Shown here piece by piece: positions 28,633 to 38,100 of a DNA stretch of 64,000 bases; the stretch's first letter is position 1; every line of letters begins with the position of its first letter. The notes under the pieces are model-generated. The model worked only from the letters and a program-made list of their open reading frames with translations. It was not told where the DNA came from and searched no databases. The stretch spans positions 10,230,001-10,294,000 of the forward strand of contig OZ059897.1 in assembly GCA_964057225.1 (NCBI GenBank). Direction: 5' to 3'. The position numbers and the translations under genes were made by a program. The stretch is from Auanema rhodensis. Lineage: Eukaryota > Animalia > Nematoda.

Positions 28633-28990
28633 CGTTCCGTTATGCTCCCGCGTCGATCTTACAGACCAATGGAGTCTACAAGATGAGCGTGGTAGTATTC
28701 CAGATGTAGCGGTTAAACATGGAGCATAAGGATAAACATAAGACTCGAGAAAGATTGGTTTATTATATCTACGTGATTACAATAAGATACATATAACTAA
28801 GTAAAGGTTAAACTAATAGAGAACAGAGAGAGAACGACCAACCATCCATGATCGTCCCTGAGGAAAAGCTGAAGTGTTGTAATATGGAAAAGGGCGGGTC
28901 GTCTTCTCTCAGTCTCGCATTCTCTGACTCTAACCCACCTGCTACAGCTTCGTCATATGAATGTAATGCATTGATCATTCGAATGGAACG
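28633..28990 (-). repeat. E2 3' LTR
   Basis: Direct repeat of 34813-35170; termini CGTTCC...GGAACG. Confidence 0.97.
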
Positions 28991-29286
28991 TGCCCTTTTT
29001 CGAGTTTATGTCGCGTCCTCGCGACAATCAAAAGTTTTGACTTGATTAACTGTAGCAGAAGGGTTAATGTGTGTATTAAAGTACATGTTACAATACAATA
29101 TTTTACGTAAAATTCTTATAATATGAACATAATACAATATAAAACATCAGTATCTGAAAAGAATTAAAAAAATTTTTAACCAAATTATGAAAGTTTTAAC
29201 CCTCTTTAACGAATACTAGACTATGTTTTACTAGTATTACTTTAAAGAAAGTTATTACAAAACAACTTACAATAAAATCTCATGAG

Positions 29287-32200
29287 TTAATGGTTTTTTC
29301 TTGATGGTAGCCAATTTGTATCCGAAAGGTCTTCTGGTTCGTCATAAGAGTCTTCATCGTTGTTGTTTCCGTTGATAACCTCTATGATTTCGATATCGCT
29401 GTCATCGTCTGAGCTGTCTGTACGTGTACTGGGCTTATGTGCGATTCCGTCATCTGTTTCTCGATTAAATAATTTGAGATTGTCCTTGTGAACGTCTTGG
29501 ATCTTTCCGAAAAGGTTTTTGATTTGAACCATGTTTCCCTTCACATTAATAACTTCAAATGGTCCATCATAAGCTTTCCGAAGCTTTTGTCCTGGCTTGT
29601 GCATTTTCACAGCTAACATAACGCAGTCTCCTTCTTGTATATCTCTTTCGTGAGTGCGTAATCGAGCATCATGTTTCTTTTTTGCTAATTCTTGATGCTT
29701 TTCCAAATTTTCTTGAATGATTGTTTTCTGTTTGCTTCGGATTTTCTCAATATTTTCAATCTCCTTTGAAATTTCCTTTGGTTCAGTTGTTTCGGGGTAT
29801 AAATCTTTATCCAATCTCAAACGGCTTTCTTTCCCGAATAGTACAACGTATGGTGATATTCCTGTGGTTGCATGCGTTGTGGTGTTCAATGCAAAGGTAA
29901 TTTTTGGCAAAAACATGTCCCAATCAGTGACATCTTCGTTGAGATAATGTGTGAGTCCTTCTTCTAACGTTCTATGAAGTCTTTCTACTTGTCCATTGGA
30001 ATTCTTCTGATGTGGGAGTGTTGATTCATGTTTGATACCGAGTTTTTCGCACATGTCTTCAAATTTCCTTGATAGGAAGTTGGAACCGCGGTCTGTTATT
30101 AAGCGATTCGGTGGTCCATAGACATATACAAAGTTTCTGAGGAATCTATCAATGACAACTTCACTAACAGATGTTGGTATGGCGATAGTTGTAGCCCATT
30201 TGGAGAAAGAGTCTTGTATTGTGAGGACATAGCTGTTGTTCCTTTTTGATGTTGGGAATGGTCTCATGATATCCATATGTATTCTCTCAAATGGTTTTGA
30301 TGGTGTGTTAAATTGACCCATCGGTTGTACGGTCATAGCATGAGGATCTTTCTTTTGTTGTGCACATTTGATGCACTGTTTTACGTATTTTGCTATGTCG
30401 TTCTGCATGTTAGTCCAGGAAAATCTTCGTAATATGGCTTCTTTTGTTTTGTTGATTCCTTGATGCGCCCCGATTGTTGGGTCTTCATGAAATTCTTCAA
30501 TGATTTTGTTAATTATATCACTATCCGATGGCAATATTAACGCTGGATGAGGTCTTTTGACGCTTGGTTTTGTGTAGAGTAAGTTGTTTATAACACAATA
30601 ACGATCATTTTGAATCATATTTTTCTTCGTTCTGTATTCAATCTCAGCTATTGTTCTCTTGATCCAAGGAGTATTTTGTTGGATTGAGCTGAATTCTGGT
30701 AACTTCACAACATTTACTTGTTGTGTCTCAATTTTCTCTTTCGAATTCGTCTTTTGTTTCTTGTTCGACGTCTTTGGATCGTTAGCTTCATCTCCAATGT
30801 ATCTAGAAAGTGCGTCACAGACTTTGTTTAATCTGCCTTCTCGATATTTGATCTCAATATCGTTTTCCTGTATGACCAATTGGAACTTTGCTAGTCTTCC
30901 AAATAGGTCTCTTCTAGTTAGTAAGCTTGTCAATGGGCGATGTGTACTAGGGATTAAAATAGTATCTTGACTAATGATAGCGTCATATGTATGCATATCG
31001 ATGTAATTACAACGTGAAGCAGTGGTTTGTGGGTCCCATATTATTATTGATGTACTTGATTCACAATTACCATGATGTGCATTGCATCCTTCCGTGTTTA
31101 ATATTAAGTTTGACAATATTGTATCGTCAGGCATACGGGTCATGACTCCGCGCTCTAATATTAGACGTGACCGCTCCTCGCACGCGTCGCGGTTGAACGC
31201 GCGCGCTGGGTCATAGGAGGGCTCCGGAGTTGCTTGGGTGATACTATCAATGCGTTGCAGTTCCATGTTATTCCACTTGCGATCGCGGATCGCCTGTCTG
31301 CATTCGCGCTCTCCTATAGGCTGTATTCTATTTATTGTTCTGTTCGTATCGCGGAGGAATAGCAGGTCTCGTACGCATAACTTGTGTACTTCCTCTGAAC
31401 AACGCCACGCATCCCATTCGTGTGCTGTGTGATTTCTTGTGTACAGATGAACTTCTGTACGTAGCACATGGTTTTTCTCTGTTAATCTGCATTTTCTGAT
31501 TGTTGGTGGCATAAGTAATGCGCCTCCTGTTGCTCTTGTACAGATTTGATATGTAGATGCACAGGGCAAGAATATTGCTGCTGTTATTGCCATGATAACT
31601 GTGAGCGTCAAAGGCGAAAGGGTGACAGAGTTTATTCTTGTTGAGCTTCTATCTCTTCCTCTTGAGTTGTCTCTTGGATTTTTGAATTGAACTCTTCTTT
31701 GTCCGTTGTTGTTATTGAATCTACCTCGTTGGTTGTTATGACGAAAATTATAATTTCTTTGATGCCAATCAGAACTCGATTGCCTATTATCTTGTTCGTT
31801 ATAATTTGTACGGCGATTATTATTAGCGAAAGAACCGTAACGGTTTCGATTATTATTGAAATTAGAAAAGTTTTTATTTTTTTGATAATTTTGATAATTT
31901 TGATAATTTTGATAATTTTGATTATTTCTTATCATTTGGTTATCGCGTTGATAATTGCGATTAAATGTTTGGCTATCTCGTCTCTCATCATTACGCGCAA
32001 AGGGTGCTAGTGCTTTGTTCACAGCGTTGACCAACATCGATTGCGTGTCTGTTGTTTGGTTCACTATCGATTCCTCCCAGCGAGCTGCTTCAATCGCTTC
32101 TGTGAAGGATTTTGGCTTTGCTCGGATCACAGCTGGTTTTAGAGAATTTTTAAGTCCTCTGAGGAATGTTGATCTCAGTATTTGATCTTTATGTGGGTCA

Positions 32201-33303
32201 TCAGATGCAAATGCACTCAATGCCATTGTTCTTAATGCTTGGGCGTATGCATCAATTGTCAATTCCCCTTGCGTGGTGTTTTGAAGGTTAATAAGTGCAG
32301 GGTCTTGGTTATATTCAGGGCAGAGCTTCGATGTTAGTGCTCTAATCAGATCATTCCACGAACCAGTTGTTTTAAGTTGTTCAGGAACTTGTCTGTAAGC
32401 TTCTTCTGCTGCTTCATTTTTGAGAAGCAAAGGAAGAAGTGCTAACCTTTCAGGGATAACAAGGCCAATGGCATTAGCAAACAAGTTGAATTTACCCGTA
32501 AAATCACGGAAGTTACGACTGCCGTCGTAAGTTGGACAGTAAGGCGAAAGTAAGGCTTGCGCGATTGTTGTTTTCCCTGCCCCAGGTAGTGAGGAAACAG
32601 CTTCCGTCATGATGTTATTCGTACGGGTAGATGGTATTTTGATCGTTCTACCTGTTATTGGTGGGGTCTCCAAAATAGGGGTTGTTTGCGTGGATGGAAT
32701 AGGTCTATTGGGTGCCTTAGGAAGTGAGTCTGTTGTTGTTAAGATGGGAGTAGAAGTTTGATGAATACTGGTATTTGGTGCAGGTGGTTGAATTGGTGAG
32801 ATATTAATGTTAGGGACTGATGAATATCTGCTTTTGCGCTTGGTGTTGAAAGTTTTATCTTTAGGCGAAAGGTTAAAAAGATCAGTAACAATGTTTCTAA
32901 GAGAACTAAGCCCACCCGCGCTAGAAGTTTTTGAAAGTAATGGGGAATCGGTTGGTTCGGTTAGTGAGAGAGAGAGAGAAGCGTCGCTGATGTTTTGATT
33001 TTTCTTATTTTTATTAGAATTAGAGGAGCGTACCTTTTTAGGAGTGATCGGTGTTTGTTCCTCCACAATGATTGATAGTTCTTCTTCTATAGTAGGTACG
33101 TAGTCCGGGTCGCCTAGTTGTTCAGTAGGTGAGACAGAATCAGTAGTAGGAATAAGGAAATTATCCGGCTTCTTGTCGACTTTCTGCTCCTCTTCTAATA
33201 TAGCGACGTCTTGAGCTCGAGCTCGACTTCTGGTAAAGGGAGCTGAGTCTTGGGAATCGAAATGCGTACTTATAGGTACGGCTGAATGGAATCTCTTAGC
33301 CAC
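29287..33303 (-). CDS. E2 deleted polyprotein: Gag, signal peptide, glycoprotein N-terminus fused in-frame to RNase H C-terminus and integrase
   Basis: CPTYDGSRNF Gag; LTLTVIMAITAAIFLPCAS|TYQIC; junction TILIPST|HRPLTSLL at ~30943. Integrase HHCC (H..H..CIKC), D-D-E (HMD, ITDRG, VER) and GPF motif. No PR or RT motifs. Start codon uncertain. Confidence 0.9.
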   Translation of the reverse strand: MAKRFHSAVPISTHFDSQDSAPFTRSRARAQDVAILEEEQKVDKKPDNFLIPTTDSVSPTEQLGDPDYVPTIEEELSIIVEEQTPITPKKVRSSNSNKNKKNQNISDASLSLSLTEPTDSPLLSKTSSAGGLSSLRNIVTDLFNLSPKDKTFNTKRKSRYSSVPNINISPIQPPAPNTSIHQTSTPILTTTDSLPKAPNRPIPSTQTTPILETPPITGRTIKIPSTRTNNIMTEAVSSLPGAGKTTIAQALLSPYCPTYDGSRNFRDFTGKFNLFANAIGLVIPERLALLPLLLKNEAAEEAYRQVPEQLKTTGSWNDLIRALTSKLCPEYNQDPALINLQNTTQGELTIDAYAQALRTMALSAFASDDPHKDQILRSTFLRGLKNSLKPAVIRAKPKSFTEAIEAARWEESIVNQTTDTQSMLVNAVNKALAPFARNDERRDSQTFNRNYQRDNQMIRNNQNYQNYQNYQNYQKNKNFSNFNNNRNRYGSFANNNRRTNYNEQDNRQSSSDWHQRNYNFRHNNQRGRFNNNNGQRRVQFKNPRDNSRGRDRSSTRINSVTLSPLTLTVIMAITAAIFLPCASTYQICTRATGGALLMPPTIRKCRLTEKNHVLRTEVHLYTRNHTAHEWDAWRCSEEVHKLCVRDLLFLRDTNRTINRIQPIGERECRQAIRDRKWNNMELQRIDSITQATPEPSYDPARAFNRDACEERSRLILERGVMTRMPDDTILSNLILNTEGCNAHHGNCESSTSIIIWDPQTTASRCNYIDMHTYDAIISQDTILIPSTHRPLTSLLTRRDLFGRLAKFQLVIQENDIEIKYREGRLNKVCDALSRYIGDEANDPKTSNKKQKTNSKEKIETQQVNVVKLPEFSSIQQNTPWIKRTIAEIEYRTKKNMIQNDRYCVINNLLYTKPSVKRPHPALILPSDSDIINKIIEEFHEDPTIGAHQGINKTKEAILRRFSWTNMQNDIAKYVKQCIKCAQQKKDPHAMTVQPMGQFNTPSKPFERIHMDIMRPFPTSKRNNSYVLTIQDSFSKWATTIAIPTSVSEVVIDRFLRNFVYVYGPPNRLITDRGSNFLSRKFEDMCEKLGIKHESTLPHQKNSNGQVERLHRTLEEGLTHYLNEDVTDWDMFLPKITFALNTTTHATTGISPYVVLFGKESRLRLDKDLYPETTEPKEISKEIENIEKIRSKQKTIIQENLEKHQELAKKKHDARLRTHERDIQEGDCVMLAVKMHKPGQKLRKAYDGPFEVINVKGNMVQIKNLFGKIQDVHKDNLKLFNRETDDGIAHKPSTRTDSSDDDSDIEIIEVINGNNNDEDSYDEPEDLSDTNWLPSRKNH

Positions 33304-34799
33304 CTTGCTAGAACTCTTGGTTTGAAAAAACCTTGAGTGCTTGGTAACGTGTGGGATGTTGAGACGTTAAAGAATGCGGTGAATAAGGATGAGGATGTAG
33401 GCAAAATGAGAAAGGCTTTGGAGAGCGACCGGTGTCGTATCGACAACTTGTGAGAATGAGGTCGATGCCTTGGCCAATGGCGATGGATCCGCCTTCTACT
33501 GTGTGATATCGGGACTCTGGTGCTCTCCGTATTTTCTCTGTAGTTGAAAATCTGATTCACAAAACATCTGGGGTGACCAAGCTCTTATTTTACAAAACGT
33601 TTAGTGTAATTCGTAATATTCGTTCAATTACAGCACATTTTACTGATTTGTATGCAACCATTTTCCTCATGCTGACTAAACTTATGTTTTGTTACACTAG
33701 TTTCTCGACCATGTGGTGTGTCATCTTGCAACAAAACTTATGGTGTAATTCGTAACATGCTTTTGATAAAAGAGCAGTTTAACAATAAATGTGCACCAAT
33801 TTCTCTTTTGTGACCAAAAATAATTTTTGTTTCTTTACAATCTGGTTTTCAAATACATTTGGTGTAGCTCACATGTTTTGTTGTAACAAAAGTCATGGGA
33901 TTCGTAATATTAGTTTTACAAAAGAGCGTTTCGCAATGATGAATGTAGGTATTTCGTGATCAGAAATCGAATTTTGAAAAAAAAGCAGAGTTAAATGGCT
34001 AAATATTACAAGAACTAGTATTAAAGTTGGAATAAGGTTCAATGCGTGAGTCTTATGCTTCTGAACAACAATAACGGTATGAGGAAGGTGACATTCAGTA
34101 AGGGGAGAAAATCCAAACCGATATGCTTTAGCCAACACGACCTGTGTTAATCATGATTCAAATTCGAGATAACATTTTTCAACAGGATTTTTCGGACTAT
34201 AGCGATCTATAAATTAACAATCCTCCCTTTTTGGTGAGGTTTCCCGTGTAATTTTTTTCATGCGTACTGATTATAAATTTAGGATGTTAGAAGCAAAATT
34301 TGTCTGAACGAAATCGTAACGCAAAATAAAATAGTCCTGATCGCAAAACAAACTTCATCCACGAAATATAAAGATATAACCGAAGTTATTCTTTCCTTGA
34401 AGCCAAAATTAATTCTTAAAAGGAGAAGGCGTGGGAAATACAAACTAACAATTACTTTAGGTGAATTTGTTCACTAATTCAGCCTAAAGCCCTCATCAAG
34501 CTTCAAGGTTGGGTAACAGAGCATTTCAGATGTTATAAGCAAGGATACGAAATTTAAAGGTTCAGACGAAAGAATTTTTGTGAACAAACGGGAAAATAAT
34601 AATCTCGAAACGTATAATCCTTCTTTAAAAAAAAAGGATTCCTTGCCTCTGTTCCCATTTAACGTTGTTGGCCCCTCCGTATTGTGTTGAGACATAGAGT
34701 AGATGGTATGAGAAAAAGAGAGATGAAAGAGATTTGAAAATAAATTAACAACACAAACATTAGAGAGAAGGAAGAAAAAAAAATTTGTGATAAGTTCGA

Positions 34800-34812
34800 G
34801 GTGGAACCTCCA
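34800..34812 (-). promoter_or_regulatory. Primer-binding site of E2 (tRNA-Gln)
   Basis: TGGAGGTTCCACC directly following the LTR end GGAACG. Confidence 0.9.
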
Positions 34813-35170
34813 CGTTCCGTTATGCTCCCGCGTCGATCTTACAGACCAATGGAGTCTACAAGATGAGCGTGGTAGTATTCCAGATGTAGCGGTTAAACAT
34901 GGAGCATAAGGATAAACATAAGACTCGAGAAAGATTGGTTTATTATATCTACGTGATTACAATAAGATACATATAACTAAGTAAAGGTTAAACTAATAGA
35001 GAACAAAGAGAGAACGACCAACCATCCATGATCGTCCCTGAGGCAAAGCTGAAGTGTTGTAATATGGAAAAGGGCGGGTCGTCTTCTCTCAGTCTCGCAT
35101 TCTCTGACTCTAACCCACCTGCTACAGCTTCGTCATATGAATGTAATGCATTGATCATTCGAATGGAACG
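34813..35170 (-). repeat. E2 5' LTR
   Basis: Direct repeat of 28633-28990; abuts the PBS. Confidence 0.97.
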
Positions 35171-38100
35171 TCATGTTGTCACACAGGAAATGAAGAATCT
35201 TAGTTCATTTCAGTAACAATGAACACAATAATTTGGTTTAGTTTGTAATACCGGCCCAAGTAGTATAGTGGTTAGTACTCCACGTTGTGGCCATGGCGAC
35301 ACAGGTTCGATTCCTGTCTTGGGCATTTTTTGTTTTGAAATTTGAATGCTATAAAATTATTGCTTGCTTGTCATGTTAGATTTGTTTAATTTAAATACTT
35401 ATTTAAGTTCCAACAATTTTCGATTAAATCACGTTCTTTAAACTGTATTGTTTTCAAAAATAAAGACATCTTTCAATTTCTGGTCATTGAATTAGAATTT
35501 TCATGTTGTCACACAGAAATTGAAGAATCTTAGTTCATTTCAGTAACAATGAACACACTAACTTTGTTAAGTTGTTGTAATATCGGCCCAAGTAGTATAG
35601 TGGTTAGTACTCCACGTTGTGGCCGTGGCGACACAGGTTCGATTCCTGTCTTGGGCATTTTTTGTTTTGAAATTTAAATGCTATAAAATTATTGCTTGCT
35701 TGTCATGTTAGATTTGTTTAATTTAAATACTTATTTAAGTTCCAACAATTTTCGATTAAATCACGTTCATTAAACTGTATTGTTTTCAAAAATAAAGACA
35801 TCTTTCAATTTCTGGTCATTGAATTAGAATTTTCATGTTGTCACACAGAAATTGAAGAATCTTAGTTCATTTCAGTAACAATGAACACACTAACTTTGTT
35901 AAGTTGTTGTAATATCGGCCCAAGTAGTATAGTGGTTAGTACTCCACGTTGTGGCCGTGGCGACACAGGTTCGATTCCTGTCTTGGGCATTTTTTGTTTT
36001 GAAATTAAAATGCTATAAAATTATTGCTTGCTTGTCATGTTAGATTTGTTTAATTCAAATACTTATTTAAGTTCTAACAATTTTTGATTAAATCACGTTC
36101 ATTAAACTGTATTGTTTTCAAAAATAAAGACATCTTTCAATTTCTGGTCATTGAATTAGAATTTTCATGTTGTCACACAGAAATTGAAGAATCTTAGTTC
36201 ATTTCAGTAACAATGAACACACTAACTTTGTTAAGTTGTTGTAATATCGGCCCAAGTAGTATAGTGGTTAGTACTCCACGTTGTGGCCGTGGCGACACAG
36301 GTTCGATTCCTGTCTTGGGCATTTTTTGTTTTGAAATTTAAATGCTATAAAATTATTGCTTGCTTGTCATGTTAGATTTGTTTAATTTAAATACTTATTT
36401 AAGTTCCAACAATTTTCGATTAAATCACGTTCATTAAACTGTATTGTTTTCAAAAATAAAGACATCTTTCAATTTCTGGTCATTGAATTAGAATTTTCAT
36501 GTTGTCACACAGGAAATGAAGAATCTTAGTTCATTTCAGTAACAATGAACACAATAATTTTGTTTAGTTTGTAATACCGGCCCAAGTAGTATAGTGGTTA
36601 GTACTCCACGTTGTGGCCGTGGCGACACAGGTTCGATTCCTGTCTTGGGCATTTTTTGTTTTGAAATTTAAATGCTATAAAATTATTGCTTGCTTGTCAT
36701 GTTAGATTTGTTTAATTTAAATACTTATTTAAGTTCCAACAATTTTCGATTAAATCACATTCAATTAACTGTATTGTTTTCAAAAATAAAGACATCTTTC
36801 AATTTCTGGTCATTGAATTAGAATTTTCATGTTGTCACACAGAAATTGAAGAATCTTAGTTCATTTCAGTAACAATGAACACACTAACTTTGTTAAGTTG
36901 TTGTAATATCGGCCCAAGTAGTATAGTGGTTAGTACTCCACGTTGTGGCCGTGGCGACACAGGTTCGATTCCTGTCTTGGGCATTTTTTGTTTTGAAATT
37001 AAAATGCTATAAAATTATTGCTTGCTTGTCATGTTAGATTTGTTTAATTCAAATACTTATTTAAGTTCTAACAATTTTTGATTAAATCACGTTCATTAAA
37101 CTGTATTGTTTTCAAAAATAAAGACATCTTTCAAATTCTGGTCATTGAATTAGAATTTTCATGTTGTCACACAGAAATTGAAGAATCTTAGTTCATTTCA
37201 GTAACAATGAACACACTAACTTTGTTAAGTTGTTGTAATATCGGCCCAAGTAGTATAGTGGTTAGTACTCCACGTTGTGGCCGTGGCGACACAGGTTCGA
37301 TTCCTGTCTTGGGCATTTTTTGTTTTGAAATTAAAATGCTATAAAATTATTGCTTGCTTGTCATGTTAGATTTGTTTAATTCAAATACTTATTTAAGTTC
37401 TAACAATTTTTGATTAAATCACGTTCATTAAACTGTATTGTTTTCAAAAATAAAGACATTTTTCAATTTCTGGTCATTGAATTAGAATTTTCATGTTGTC
37501 ACACAGAAATTGAAGAATCTTAGTTCATTTCAGTAACAATGAACACACTAACTTTGTTAAGTTGTTGTAATATCGGCCCAAGTAGTATAGTGGTTAGTAC
37601 TCCACGTTGTGGCCGTGGCGACACAGGTTCGATTCTTGTCTTGGGCATTTTTTGTTTTGAAATTAAAATGCTATAAACATATTGCTTGCTTGTCATGTTA
37701 GATTTGTTTAATTCAAATACTTATTTAAGTTCTAACAATTTTTGATTAAATCACGTTCATTAAACTGTATTGTTTTCAAAAATAAAGACATCTTTCAAAT
37801 TCTGGTCATTGAATTAGAATTTTCATGTTGTCACACAGAAATTGAAGAATCTTAGTTCATTTCAGTAACAATGAACACACTAACTTTGTTAAGTTGTTGT
37901 AATATCGGCCCAAGTAGTATAGTGGTTAGTACTCCACGTTGTGGCCGTGGCGACACAGGTTCGATTCCTGTCTTGGGCATTTTTTGTTTTGAAATTAAAA
38001 TGCTATAAAATTATTGCTTGCTTGTCATGTTAGATTTGTTTAATTCAAATACTTATTCAAGTTCTAACAATTTTTGATTAAATCACGTTCATTAAACTGT

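Larger units (their letters stand above)
28633..35170 (-). mobile_element. E2: internally deleted Gypsy-type LTR element with two LTRs and 4-bp TSD (TCAT)
   Basis: 358-bp LTRs at 28633-28990 and 34813-35170 (2 differences seen). TCAT at 28629-28632 and 35171-35174. PBS 34800-34812; short purine tract AAAAAGGGCA next to the 3' LTR. Confidence 0.97.

Noticed and set aside
28848-29045. LTR-overlapping ORFs (also 35028-35216) and antisense or alternate-frame ORFs over the polyproteins
   Set aside because: They cross element boundaries or shadow real coding frames, and have no recognisable motifs.
34800-34812. Elements primed by the arrayed tRNA-His
   Set aside because: The PBS matches tRNA-Gln; the tRNA-His 3' end would require TGGTGCCCAAG.
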